In this document: in pieces, positions 1 to 14,200 of the stretch
How positions within the stretch are numbered: the first letter of the stretch is position 1
Layout of the letters: each line of letters begins with the position of its first letter
Source of the DNA: Convolutriloba macropyga
Lineage: Eukaryota
Reading direction: 5' to 3'
Assembly (NCBI RefSeq): GCF_964194025.1
Contig: NC_134479.1
Coordinates: forward strand, 50,902,001 to 50,966,000
DNA: 64,000 nucleotides
Notes under the pieces: model-generated
Told to the model about the DNA's origin: nothing
Databases searched by the model: none
Seen by the model: only the letters and a program-made list of their open reading frames with translations
Translations under genes and position numbers: made by a program

Positions 1-106
1 ACTAGAAGTCAAGCGGAATAGTTTTTTCAATGGTTAAATCAAACGTAAGGAACCTCTACAGTTTTCGTTTTCTGCTCAGAACTTATCCATAAGGGTCATC
101 ACTGGT

Positions 107-2673
107 CAGAAATACCGCATTTTATATTTACTATTTTAAAAAATCTCTTAGAATAAAAAGAAAAATAGTTTGAAAATTAAACAGAGGTGTTCTTATAGAG
201 TTCAAATCTGTCCTCAATAATCATTTAATTACCGTTTTATGCTCTTTTATAAAATATGTGGGCAAAAACATCATTACTATTAAAAACGTTTGGGAGGTGA
301 AAATTAAGTGACAAAGGTTATATAATCGCACCACTTTGGATAAAACAAACGTAGTACAAATATTTTATCAATGTTCAGTTGAACTGGTTTAAAAATGAGA
401 AATAAACTGGTATCGATAGTGGAAACCAATAACAATCTGGTCACCTTAGAGTTCTTGCATAATTTGGTGTCAAAGAGTACCTATGAGAATAGCCGAAGCT
501 ATGAGAGTAACTATAGTTTTGAGATCAACTGAAGTTGAAAAATGGTTTTATGGCAAAAACTGACATGAAAATGCTTGCAAAGGCCCATTTATAGGCAAAT
601 ACCACTACGAGTGAGACATGGCAGGTCCAACAATACATCAGTATATGCTCCTAGATGCTCAAATCTCAAAAAATGCCAGAAAAACTTGATACAATATTGA
701 ACACTAACGCTATGAAAACTTGCAAAATTATAGGTTTCTGTCTCAGGGGTACCTATGAGGCGCCAAAAGTCAATTGCACATTCATTTATCTTTCGTTATA
801 TGTAATTCGTATTGAAGACTTTATTCAAGAAAAGTTATATAAAATTAGCAAAACAACCCCAAAATTTTAAAACAATAACCTTTTTTGGTGGAAAAATTTT
901 TTGATTAGTTTTTGGTCAGTCGCTTATCAATGTATATTGAGATTAAATTGCTTTGACAGAATCGTTGTTTGACAGTTAACGAAACACTTCGTTTTAACAG
1001 AGAAACTTAATTAAGCAGTTCTAAGAACTCATATTTAATCTTTTTTTCTTAAAGATAATTGTAACAAAATTTTTTTTGGGGTATGGAACATCCCTTGATT
1101 TCAACTACTGCTGTCCTAAAAATTTTCTAATTGTGAAAACTTTTTGTGGAAAGGTTTTACTAGATGCTCTGTCTTGAGAAAGGTGGACAATGGAGAAAAC
1201 AAGTTTGTTCAGAAGTAAGATTTGTTGGTTCACAGCCCTTATGTGAGTACAAACTGTGCTTTCTTAAAGTTTTGCTAGAGTTTATTTATTCAAAGAAACA
1301 TTAAGTTCCTTAATTTTAATGTATCTCATGCGAATATAAAGACTAAAATCTGTTCTGCAACTGATCACTGAAGACTCAAAATTACAGATTTTAAACCAAA
1401 ATGCAGCACTTTTGGAATTTACTACTTGTTTTTTTGTTGAAATAATTTTCCTTTAAGAAAATTTGTTCTGTTCGTTTAGGATAACAGTAACAAAAAAACA
1501 GCTGGTATCTTTTGATTCAAATATAGTGCAAGCGAATCATGTCTTAATCAATTTGTAACCTTTTAGTGTATGTTATTAGAAAAAATATTTTAGTGGGGAA
1601 AATTTACTCCACTCCTATTATTTAGAGACAACATTGGTATACATCTAATTTTTGATGATCTTTATTTTAACACTGAACTTGTCTTTAGATACATTTTCTT
1701 ACATCCGGTCTACTCATAGGTATTTTTTGAAAGTTTAATTATGAGTTCTTAGAACTGCTTAATTAGGTTTCTCTGTTGAAACGAAGTGTTGCTTTAACTG
1801 TCAAAAAAAGATTAGTTCAGATCAATTTAATCACTATATACATTGATGAGCGACTGACCATTGGCTATTCAAATAATTTTTCCACCAAAAAAGATTATTA
1901 TTTTAAAATTAAGGGTTGTTTTGCTAATTTTAAATTTTTTTTTTCGAATATTGTCCGCAATACGACATGAATTTAACGAAAGAGAAATTAATGTGCAATT
2001 GAACTTGGCGAATCATAGGTATCCCTTGAGACAGAAACCAATAATTTTGCAAGTTTTCATAGTGTTAGTGTTCAATATAGAATCAAGTTTTTCTGGTGAT
2101 TTTTTTTGTGAGATTTGAGCATCTAGGAGCATATACTGATGTATTGTTGGACCTGACATGTTTCATTCGTAGAGTCATTTGCCTATAAATGGACCTTTGC
2201 AAGAATTTTTCTGTTAGTTTTTGCCATCTAACCGCTTTTTATTTTAAATTGTTTTCATAACTATACTTATTCTCATAGCATCGGCTATTCTCAGAGGTAC
2301 TCTTTGACACCAAAAAAGGCAAGAGCTCTCAGGTGACCAGATTTGTATTAGTTTCCTCTGTCGATACAAGTTTTATTCTCACTTTTAAACCAGTTCAACT
2401 GAACTTCGATAAAAAAATTCTACTATATTTATTTTATCCAAAGCGGTGAAATTATATAAATTTTGTCACTTAGTTTTCACCTCCCAAATATTTTTTTTTA
2501 ATAATAATGATGCTTTTGTCCACATCTTTTTATAAAGAGCATAAAACGGTAAACAAATGATTATTGAGGACTGATTGAACTCCAAAAGAACACAATTATT
2601 TGATTTTCAAACTTTTATTCTTATTATTCTAAAAGAATTTTTAAAATATTAAACATAAAATGCGACATTACTG
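107..2673. mobile_element. Foldback-type (very long TIR) non-autonomous DNA element: about 0.93-kb inverted arms (107-1040 / 1730-2673) around a 0.69-kb spacer
   Basis: Arms are reverse complements along their length, e.g. CAGGTCCAACAATACATCAGTATATGCTCCTAGATGCTCAAATCTCA (622-668) vs TGAGATTTGAGCATCTAGGAGCATATACTGATGTATTGTTGGACCTG (2110-2156). Identity is roughly 80% by eye. No transposase and no clean TSD. Confidence 0.85.
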
Positions 2674-4823
2674 AAGTAAGTAGTATTTTGTAACACTGTA
2701 GAAAATAGTTAGCAGGGCGTTGATGGTTGTATTAGGTATTCGTATTAGTCTATTAAGTAGTAAGCAAAAATTAGTATGTAGTAAAGAGTATGTGAAAGGT
2801 AAAAAATGTTTTGTAGTAGGTAAGAAGTAGTGAGTAGTAGGTGGTAGATAGTATGTAGTAAGTAATGAAAAGTTTGTAGTAAGCAATAAGTAGAAAATAA
2901 TATATAAAATGAAGTAAGTAGCATATAGTGAATAGTTTGCATCAAGAATGAACTAGTATATAGTAGGTAGTGTTTAGTACGCAGTAATTAGTGAGTAGAA
3001 AGTAGTTTTTAGTCATTTTTATGTGGTAAGGGTAAGCAGTTCGTAATCAGTAGTTTGTAGTTAGCACTATGTATAACTAGTAAGCACTTGTACCTACTTC
3101 ATATTACTTACTTTTTGATGCAGAATATTCACTACGTACTACTTACTTCATTTTATATACTACTTTCTACTTACTGCTTACTACAAACTTTTCATTACAT
3201 ACTACATATTACCTACCAACTACTAACTTTTGCTTATTTATTACTTACAAAGTAGTATGAAGTAAGTTTTATGTAGTGTAGTAAGTATTACGTTGCAAAA
3301 ACTATTAAGAAGGTTGTAAGTAGTATATGGTAATTTGTATGCAGTGTGTAGTAAAGAACATGTAGTAATTAGTATGTTTTTGAAGTAAGTAAAATAAATT
3401 TAGTAGTAAGTAGTTTATATTAAGCAGTTTCTAGTATGAAGTAATGAGTATGTAATAAGTAGTATGCAGTAAATGTATTATGTTGTAATTAGTCAGTAGT
3501 TAGATAGTAGGCAGTATATTTTTAGTACAATGTATTAGGCAGTATTTAGTAAGTAAATAGTAATTGGTATGAAACAGGTAGTAAGTTGTTTGTGATTTGT
3601 GGTAAGTAGCATGTAGTATATGTTATGCACCATTTAGAAAGTAGCGTTTTGCGGCTAGTATATGTTAACTAGTATACATTAAGTAGTACTTAGTGGGTAG
3701 TCTGTAATAATTAGTAGGTTTTTCGTAGTAAGTAGCAACTAGTAGATAGTAGTAACTAGTAATCTTTATGTGGTAAGTAGTGTGTAGTATGTACTAAGTA
3801 GTATGTGGTAAGTAGTATGTACCATGGAGAAAGAAGTACCTAGGGAGCAGTATGTATTTAGTAGTGTTTTGTAACAAGTAATTAGTAAGAGGTTAGTGGT
3901 ATACAGTAAGTATAGTATTTAGTATGTAGTAAGTAGTATATATATAGTAGTAAGTAGTACAAAATAAGTATTTTTAGAAAAAAGTAATTAGCATGTTTCA
4001 AATAGTATACAGTAGTTGTAGTATGTTGTAATTAGTATGCAATTAGGTAGTAGGGTGTATGTGGTAAGCAGTAATTAGTAGGTATTAATTAGTGAGCGAT
4101 TTTTAGTTTGTGGTAAGTAGCATGTATTATATTGTATGTAGTACCTAATTAGTATGTTGTGACTAGTATGTTTTAAGCAGTATAGAGTAAGTAGTATTTA
4201 GCAGATATTCTGTTATAAATAGTAAGTAATATGTAGTAAGTAAAAACCAGGCGGTGGTAAACAGTTTTGAGGTAAGTAGTGTGTAGTATGTACTATGAAG
4301 AAAGAAGTACGTAGTAAGTAGTATGTGTTCAGTGGTCAGTGTTACGTAGTAACTTGTATTAAGTAGTAATTAATTAATTAAAAAGTGGTAGGTCTCAAGC
4401 TGTAAGTAGTAAGTAGTTTTAGTAAATAGTTTTTATTTAGTTTTTTGCAGTAAGTAGTGTGTTCTAATCAGTAAACAGTAAGTCGTTAAATCGTAGGTAG
4501 TAAAAAAATTATTAATTACTAGGCGGTAAGTAGGATGTAAAAGGAAAATTAAGCAGTAAGTAGTAGATATTAAGTAGTATGTAATAGTTAGTAAAAGTCA
4601 GTAAAATGTAGTAAGTAGCATTTATTATGTGCTAAGTAGAAAGTTATATGTAGTAAGTGGTATGTATTGAGTAGTAACCATTAAGCAGAGGGGGGCAAGT
4701 AGCTTGTAGTAAGTACTTTGTAGCCAGTAGTTTTTAGTGAGTAGTGTGTATTAAATAGTATGAAGTAATTAGTATCTACTAAGTAGAATGTATTAAGTAG
4801 CATCAGTAAGTTGTATGTAGTAA
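2674..4823. repeat. Degenerate AGTA/GTAGTAAGT/AGTATGT low-complexity satellite (C-poor on + strand) with one inverted block
   Basis: Continuous variants of gtagtaagtagtatgt. Segment 3085-3250 flips to tactacttac and is the reverse complement of about 2830-2947. Confidence 0.9.
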
Positions 4824-4829
4824 TATATT

Positions 4830-6735
4830 TCTTTTTATCCCATGCCGTACTGTAGCATACTAATCTCTTTCAAGAGTCAACCCTATTACTCGCATGCAAA
4901 AAATCAGTTCTATACACTAGTATCACCATTGCGAAACTAAACTATAAAACCCCATCTACTTTATACCCTATTAACTCCATGCAATAGCTCACCCAAATAT
5001 CACAAATAGAGTTTTCACCCTATTGCTCTTCAGATATTTAATCCTATACCCCACCATAACCGTGACAATGGTTTAACCTCTTATCCCAGTGCCAAACTAC
5101 GTCTACTATATTGTTTCAAATCCTTACCCATTTACCCGTATGCAGATTTTCATATATCCCGAATCAAACTTCAACTTACCAATTTATTTTGCAGATTTTT
5201 AGATTCATACCCCACTATCCCCAGGGCAAAATTACACCAAATCATCCAGATGGTGAAGATGATTTTTATTTCCAATAGACAAACTGTAGCTTGTAGCCGG
5301 GTACATTTAGCAACTACTATCTAAGATCCTCGTGCAAAAGCTATACCTCATTATTATCAAGGGATTTATACCCTATTATCCCCATTCATAAATCTCCAAC
5401 CCATTACTCGACTGCAGATTTTGAAATCTTTTCCCTATTATCCCTATCTCAAAACATTACGTTGTTATTGTCCATGCGTTACTAAATCCCTCTATCTTGA
5501 TTCAAATCTTCACCCTACTAACCGTTTGCAGATGTTCAAATCAAAACCTTAGAATGTTTATATCAAAACTATAACCAACTATCTCCATGGGAACCTATAT
5601 CCTATTACACCCATGCAATTTTATCCCTGCTATCTTGACTCAAAGGATCACCCTATTGACCGCTTGCAGATATTCAAATCTACATATTCATATCTGTACG
5701 GCAAAACTATATCCTATTGCCACCAAGCGAATCTACGACCTATTCCACCCAAGCAATTCTGCATCCTACTATCCTGATTCAAAGTTTCATGCTATTACGC
5801 GATTGCAGATACTCAATCTATATCCTATTATCCCTACGACAAACACTTAACATAATTTTCCATGGAACACAATACCAAACCATCTTAATTCAAACTCTGA
5901 TTTTATTACCCGAATGCAGATATTGTAATGTATACCCTTTTATCCCCATACAAAATTATGCAATACTATCTCCATGGCAAAACTATACCCTATTACCCCC
6001 AATCAAGACTATGTCCTATTTTCCCGATTCAAATATTCACACTGTTACCGCATGCAGATATTCAAACATTTGCCCCACTAAACTCATGGCAAAACTAAGC
6101 CCTATGATCCCCATGCAATACTCGATCCTACTATCCTGTTTCCAATCTTCACCATAATACCCACTTGCAGATTTTTAAATCTATGCCCTATTATCTCCAT
6201 GCAACACAATAGCCTACTATACTGATTCAAATCTTCACACTATAATCTGTTTGCAGATATTCAAATATAAAGCCTATTATCTCGAAGGCAGCATTATACC
6301 CTATTATCCCATGCAACACTTTAAATTACTATCCTGATTCAAATTTCACCCCAATACCAGCTTGAATACTTTGCGATCTGTGCCCTACTATATCCAAGTC
6401 AAAACTATACCCAATTAACCCCATGCATTTTTAGACGCTACTATCACCATTCAAATTTTTACCATTTTATTAGGTAAAATTCTCACCCTTTTAACAGGTT
6501 AATTATATACCCTATTATCCCCACAACCATACCCTATTATCACCATATGGCACATCTATACACTATTATCCCCATACAATACTATTATGGCGCATTTATA
6601 GCCTATTATCCCCATAAAATACTATACTTCGCTATCCTAACTCAAATCTTCACCCCTTTTACCCGTTTGCGGATTTTAAATTCTATACCATATTATCCCA
6701 ATGGAAAAATTAAACCCTATTATTCCATGCATTAA
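4830..6735. repeat. Degenerate minisatellite, about 20-24-bp core ACCCTATTATCCCCATGCA in higher-order blocks of about 110-130 bp
   Basis: Dozens of (a)ccctattatccc variants recurring with tgcagatattcaaat and ctatcctgattcaaa sub-blocks. G-poor on + strand. Confidence 0.85.
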
Positions 6736-6872
6736 GCGCAATTGTAATTCCAGTGGCCAGACTGTAGCAAGTAGCGGTTGTATATATGACGGCTTCGCCC
6801 TATTATCCCCTGTATTGTGAAAGAAAAAAATCGGAAGAAAGCCAGTGAAATGTTTTACATGTATCACCGCTG

Positions 6873-6959
6873 AGGATAACCCACTCACTATTATCCCAGG
6901 TATTATATCGAAGGATAACCCACTCCCTATTATCCCATGTATTATATCGAAGGATAACC
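6873..6959. repeat. 39-bp tandem repeat, 2.2 copies
   Basis: AGGATAACC starts at 6873, 6912 and 6951. The unit contains the ctattatccc core of the upstream minisatellite. Confidence 0.9.
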
Positions 6960-8260
6960 TCCCTTTCCTAGTGCGCTACATGAATACTACTTACGACTCC
7001 TGATTAGGCCAAAGATTTCGATTGATCTCAATACACAGTTTGAACGCTTGAGGTTGATTAGTTGAAAAGCTCTCAGAAACAGCGCTTACTTTTATTTACT
7101 TTGTAACACCATCTGGTCCCGATGAAGATGATTTAAAATAGGTACTAAATTATAAGTGGTTAAACCGATTGGAAAGGGGAGACGTACGCAATAGAGCGAT
7201 ACGTGCGACGCTGTTGGATCTGTATCGCAGTATAGGGATAATAATTCAGATATTAATCTATGAAATTGGTCTCCTCAACTACAAAATCTAGTCGTTTGTC
7301 TTAATGTTTTTATCAGCAGCGGGGGGTCTGCAACTTCGAACGTCGGTTCGGCAATAGAGCGTTTTGTCATTTTGATCAAACGTGACTCAACCGCATCAAC
7401 GTGTTGTTATCAAAACCGTAAATATCAACCACCATAGGGTTATCAGTGTACTGATTACCTAGTAAAGAGTGGTTCCGAGTAACCGCGCCTAGGTCGTACG
7501 ATCGTTAGCAGACGTAATTTTAGCTCTCAAAATGACAAAATAGGGTGTTGCAAAAACATTTAGGCAACGAGGCTGTCGTAGAGCTATCTCTTTATTCTAC
7601 GTACAAGCCTCTACCACATGCTATCTTTGTGTGGCGCACTGGCTGACTTGAACCCGCTAAACTGTAAACCTTAAACAGTTCTCGAGGTAAATTTTTACCA
7701 GAGATCACTTTCTTGGTTCAAACAAAGGTATTACTATTGTCTGACCAGAGAATTTCAGTTTTATCCGAATTAGAGACAAGCAACTAAACTTGCTTTGAAG
7801 AAAAACTAGGGTTTTTGAACAAAACGGTTTCGACATGGGCAAAACAACCTCACAAGCACGTAAGTGGAGTACCTCAACTCTTTGAGGCATGCCTACTCAT
7901 GAACATAGAAAGTGGAAAAATTGTCAACACCAATTTTTGTTTGTCGACATTAGAGAAACGCAAGTTTCTATCCAGGTTTGCCGGCCATGATGTGCCGAAA
8001 GCTGGCAGCTGGGATCAATCACAATGTAACACAGTCGGACTTTATTGAAGACAGTAAGGATAATTTTTTAATTTTGCCTAATTCTTTTCGATAAATGATT
8101 GGAGGAAAACAATTGTCTGATAGATATGGACGTAAGTCGAGGAGGCAAATTGACAAATAAAAGGGCGTCTAAAAATTAGGATATATGACAACGAAGTCAG
8201 CTTCAACTAAACGCTTGATCCGGAGATTTGATCAGATTGGACAATTTTACCCTTCTTTTT

Positions 8261-11200
8261 TTGGATGTTCTCAGAGCACATACCACAATTAAAGGTGCTT
8301 GCCAGGTTATAACATCATATAGCGGAATTTCTGTCAAGACTTTAAATACTTTTCTCTCTCTCGCATAACCAGTTTGAAATGATTAGTGGCATTGCTGGAT
8401 CAAATTTACGGTAACTAAAAGAACTCGACAGATGTCTTACTTCAGCTGATCTGCTAGCTGGGCAAATTACAGTTCCAGCATTGGAACACTCATCACTAAC
8501 ATAGTTGCTTGAGCAGTTTTAACCCGGATGAAAGGAAACTCTCTCTGGGTCCAACTTCAAGCAGTTACGCGAGATGGTAGAAGAACAAAAACACTGAGAA
8601 CCACCCAAATTATGACTCGAGACATTCAATTAGTCTCACAAACGCTCATTGGCTGGCGGTGCTTAAAAATTGGGTAGTTTTTTTTGATTCAAGGAAACTT
8701 TCAACAAAGCCCTTTGGTTTTTCATCGCCCGATGCTTTCGTCAAAAGCGCCGTGCTTTTCGGCAACATTCAGCAACCAGATAGGGAAGATACACAAATTT
8801 GTTCATGCTGTTTTCAATAACTTCGAAAGACCTCAGAAGAAACAAAGCCTTAATCAAAAATTTGTCTAAGGCGGATTTGTCATCTTCTGGACGGAAGCTG
8901 TGTATTGGTATTGGACTGGTGGTTGTAAAGCACAATTAGCGCTTCTGCTCAAATCTTTAGTATCCGAATATTTGGCATATGAAGACAAGTTGCACTGAAG
9001 ACAGGTCAGAAGCAATCACAGAAACTTGGAACAAAAATCCCTCAAAAATACAGCACACAGCGAAATGATGTATTTGCAACTGTCTTAGCACACGGGTTTT
9101 TGTTTTTAGGCAGTTCAAGGCCACAGGGAAAAAAATTCTTTAAAAAAGATATAATACGGAATTTGTTTTTTTTATGTTTAAGTCTAGAAATCATATTTGG
9201 TTTGATGGAAAATAGGCGCTTATAGTGTATCAATGTTCAACAGACCACTTCCCAACCATGTTAGCAAAAAAGGTTCAGAAACGTTGTTTTTCGATAAGAC
9301 CATATTTGGTTGTTTTGCGTGTAGGTCTTTTGAATGCATGTTTCTCGTGAGCTGCATTTCAGGATAATTTAGATGTGCCTGGTCCGAAAAAAGCTCTCTG
9401 GGAGCTCAATGTTAGCATCAGCCATTGGAAGTTCTCAGAGCACCTACCACAAATAAAGGCGTTTGCCAGGTTATCACATCATATAGCGAAATGTTCTGTC
9501 AAGAATTTAAATACATTTCTATTTCTCGCATAACCAGATTTAAATGATTAGTGGAATTGTTGGGTCAAAAATTGGGGTTACTGAAAGAACTCGACAGATG
9601 TCTTACTTCAGCTGATCTGCTAGCTGGGCAAATTACAGTTCCAGCATTGGAACACTCATCACTAACATAGTTGCTTGAGCAGTTTTAACCCGGATGAAAG
9701 TAAACTCTCTCTGGGTCCAAATTGAAGCAGTTACGCGAGATGGTAGAAGAACAAAAACACTGAGAACCACCCAAATTATGACTCGAGACATTCAATTAGT
9801 CTCACAAACGCTCATTGGCTGGCGGTGCTTAAAAATTGGGTAGTTTTTTTGATTCAAGGAAACTTTCAACAAAGCCCTTTGGTTTTTCATCGCCCGATGC
9901 TTTCGTCAAAAGCGCCGTGCTTTTCGGCAACATTCAGCAACCAGATAGGGAAGATACACAAATTTGTTCATGCTGTTTTCAATAACTTCGAAAGACCTCA
10001 GAAGAAAGAAAGCCTTAATCAAAAATTTGTCTAAGGCAGATTTGTCATCTTCTGGACGGAAGCTGTGTATTGGTATTGGACTGGTGGTTGTAAAGCACAA
10101 TTAGCGCTTCTGCTCAAATCTTTAGTATCCGAATATTTGGCATATGAAGACAAGTTGCACTGAAGACAGGTCAGAAGCAATCACAGAAACTTGGAACAGA
10201 AATCCCTCAAAAATACAGCACACAGCTAAATGATGTATTCGCAACTGTCTTAGCACACGGGTTTTTGTTTTTAGGCAGTTCAGGGCCACAGGGAAAAAAA
10301 TTCTTTAAAAAAGATATAAAACGAATTTGTTTTTTTCATGTTTAAGTCTAGAAATCATATTTGGTTTGATGGAAAATAGGCGCTTATAGTGTATCAATGT
10401 TCAACAGACCACTTCTCAACCATGTTAGCAAAAAAGGTTCAGAAACGTTGTTTTTCGATAAGACCATATTTGGTTGTTTTGCGTGTAGGTCTTTTGAATG
10501 CATGTTTCTCGTGAGCTGCATTTCAGGATAATTTAGATGTGCCTGGTCCGAAAAAAGCTCTCTGGGAGCTCAATGTTAGCATCAGCCATTGGAAGTTCTC
10601 AGAGCACCTACCACAAATAAAGGCGTTTGCCAGGTTATCACATCATATAGCGAAATGTTCTGTCAAGAATTTAAATACATTTCTATTTCTCGCATAACCA
10701 GATTTAAATGATTAGTGGAATTGTTGGGTCAAAAATTGGGGTTACTGAAAGAACTCGACAGATGTCTTACTTCAGCTGATCTGCTAGCTGGGCAAATTAC
10801 AGTTCCAGCATTGGAACACTCATCACTAACATAGTTGCTTGAGCAGTTTTAACCCGGTTGAAAGTAAACTCTCTGGGTCCAACTTGAAGCAGTTACGCGA
10901 GATGGTAGAAGAACAAAAACACTGAAAACCACCCAAATTATGACTCGAGACATTCAATTAGTCTCACAAACGCTCATTGGCTGGCGGTGCTTAAAAATTG
11001 GGTAGTTTTTTTTATTCAAGGGAACTTTCAACAAAGCCCTTTGGTTTTTCATCGCCCGATGATTTCGTCAAAAGCGCCGTGCTTTTCGGCAACATTCAGC
11101 AACCAAATAGGGAAGATACACAAATTTGTTCATGCTGTTTTCAATAATTTCGAAAGACCTCAGAAGAAACAAAACCTTAATCAAAAATTTGTCTAAGGCA

Positions 11201-14200
11201 GATTTGTCATCTTCTGGACGGAAGCTGTGTATTGGTATTGGGCTGGTGGTTGTAAAGCACAATTAGCGCGTCTGCTCAAATCTTTAGTATACGAATATTT
11301 GGAATATGAAGACAAGTTGCACTGAAGACAGGTCAGAAGCAATCACAGAAACTTGGAACAGAAATCCCTCAAAATTACAGCACACAGCGAAATGATGTAT
11401 TCGCAACTGTCTTAGCACACGGGTTTTTGTTTTTAGGCAGTTCAAGGCCACAGGGAAAAAAATTCTTTAAAAAAGATATAATACAGAATTTGTTTTTTTC
11501 ATGTTTAAGTCTAGAAATCATTTTTGGTTTGATGGAAAATAGGCACCTATATTGTGTCAATGTTCAACAGACCACTTCCCAACCATGTTAGCAAAAAAGG
11601 TTCAGAAACGTTGTTTTTCGATGAGACCATATTTGGTTGTTTTGCGTGTAGCTCTTTTGAATGCATGTTTCTCGTGAGCTGCATTTCAGGATAATTTAGA
11701 TGTGCCAGGTCCGAAAAAAGCTCTCTGGGAGCTCAATGTTAGCATCAGCCATTGGAAGTTCTCAGAGCACCTACCACAAATAAAGGCGTTTGCCAGGTTA
11801 TCACATCATATAGCGAAATGTTCTGTCAAGAATTTAAATACATTTCTATTTTTCGCATAACCAGATTCAAATGATTAGGGGAATTGTTGGGTCGAAAATT
11901 GGGGTTACTGAAAGAACTCGACAGATGTGTTACTTCAGCTGATCTGCTAGCTGGGCAAATTACAGTTCCAGCATTGGAACACTCATCACTAACATAGTTG
12001 CTTGAGCTGTTTTAAACCGGATGAAAGTAAACTCTATCTGGGTCCAACTTGAAGCAGTTACGCGAGATGGTAGAAGAACAAAAACAAAGAGAACCACCCA
12101 AATTATGACTCGAGACATTCAATTAGTCTCACAAACGCTCATTGGCTGGCGGTGCTTAAAAATTGGGTAGTTCTTTTTTTCATTCAAGGAAACTTTCAAC
12201 AAAGTCCTTTGGTTTTTCATCGCCCGATGCTTTCGTCCAAAGCGCCGTGCTTTTAGGCAACATTCAGCAACCATATGTAAATGACTACAATTTCACAATG
12301 CTGTCAAATGACCAAGCATTTTGTTAATGATTTCGTTGCCATGCTTGAGCGATCCCGACTCACGATCACATTGTCATCGTTTTAATCCGATTTCAACCCG
12401 AGCCAATTCGAAGAATACTCTTCAAATGGCGTAATTGCATTTAATTGATGAGACCGAGGAGATTCTTCGAAATGGTCAACCAGGCTCGATTCATGGCTTA
12501 CCTAATTCTGTATCATGCTAAATAGTGAAGATACACACATTTTTTCATACTGTTTTCAATAATTTCGGAAGACCTCAAAAGAAACAAAGCCTTAATCAAT
12601 GCAAAAGTTTGTCTAAGGCAGATTTGTTTTCTTCTGGACGGAAGCTGTTTATTGGTATAGGCTGGTGGTCGTAAAGCTTAATTAGCGCTTCTGCTCAGAT
12701 CTTTAGTCCCCAAATATTTGGCATATGAAGACAAGTTGCATTGAAGACAGGTCAGAAGCAAGCACAGAAAGCTGGAACAGAAATCCCTCAAAATCTCAGC
12801 ACACAAAGAAATGATGTATTTGCAACTGTCTTAGCACACTGGTTTTTGCTTTTAGGCACTTCAAGGCCACAGGGAAAAAAGTTCTTTAAAAAAGATATAA
12901 TACGGAATTTGTTTTTTTTTCATGTTCAAGTCTAGAAATCATATTCGGTTTGATGGAAAATAGGTTCCTATAGTGTATCAATGTTCAACAGACCACTTCC
13001 CAACCATGTTAGCAAAAGGGTTCAGAAGTGTTGTTTTTCGCTGAGATCATATTTGGTTGTTTTGCGTAAAGCTCTTTTGAATGCATGTTTCTCGTGAGCT
13101 GCATTTCAGGATAATTTAGATGTGCCAGGTCCAAAAAATGCTCTCTGGGTTGCTCAATGTTAGCATCAGCCATTGGAAGTTCTCAGAGCACAGACCACAA
13201 ATAAAGGCGTTTGCCAGGTTATCACATCATATAGCGAAATGTTCTGTCAAGAATTTAAATACATTTCTATTTCTCGCATAACCAGTTTTAATTGCTTAAT
13301 GTAATTGTTGGGTCAAAACTTGGGGTTACTGAAAGAACTCTAGAGATGTCTTACTTCAGCTGATTTGTTAGCTGGGCAAATTACAGTTCCAGCATTGGAA
13401 CACTCATCACTAACATAGTTGCTTGAGCAGTTTTAACCCGGATGAAAGTAAACTCTCTCTGAGTCCAACTTGAAGCAGTTAGGCGAGATGGTAGAAGTGC
13501 AAAAACTCTGAGAACCACCCAATTTATGAATCGATACATTCAATTAGTCTCACAAACGTTCATTGGCTGGCGGTGCTTAAAAATTGGGTAGTTCTTTTTT
13601 TTCATTCCATGAAACTTTCAACAAAGTCCTTTGGTTTTTTATCGCCCGATGCTTTCGTCCAAAGCGCCATGCTTTTAGGCAACATTCAGCAATCAAATGT
13701 AAATGACTACAATTTAACAATGCGGTCAAATGACCAAACGTTTTGTTGATGATTTCGTTGCCATGCTTGAGCGATCCCGGCTCACGATCACATTGTCATC
13801 GTTTTAATACGAGTTCAACCCGAGCCAATTAGAAGAATACTCTTCAAATGGCGTAATTGCATTTAATTGATGAGACCGAGGAGATTCGTCGAAATGGACA
13901 ACCAGGCTCAATTCATGGCTTACCTAATTCTGTATCATACTAAATAGGGAAGATACACAAATTCTTTCATACTGTTTTCAATAATTTCGGAAGACCTCAA
14001 AAGAAACAAAGCCTTAATCAATGCAAAGGTTTGTCTAAGGCAGATTTTTCATCTTCTGGACAGAAGCTGTGTATTGGTATAGGCTGGTGGTTTTAAAGCA
14101 CAATTAGCGCTTCTGCTCAAATCTTTAGTCCCCAAATATTTGGCATATGAAGACAAGTTGCATTGAAGACAGGTCAGAAGCAAGCACAGAAACACAGAAA

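Noticed and set aside
4830-6735. ACCCTATTATCCC resembles the I-SceI site or telomeric repeats
   Set aside because: No exact 18-bp site and no TTAGGG array. It is a degenerate minisatellite core.
655-6888. Short ORFs of 60-146 aa in the foldback and satellites
   Set aside because: Low-complexity translations of repeats with no domain motifs.
8600-8655. TQIMTRDIQLV resembles the histone H3 C-terminus (TIMPKDIQL) inside a tandem array
   Set aside because: No other histone-fold sequence in any frame I read, and real histone arrays are highly conserved.
8644-8730. AHWLAVLKNWVVFFDS...KPFGFS resembles adenain/Polinton protease motifs
   Set aside because: Spacing differs, no catalytic Q...CG motif follows, and the frame varies between units at the poly-T run.
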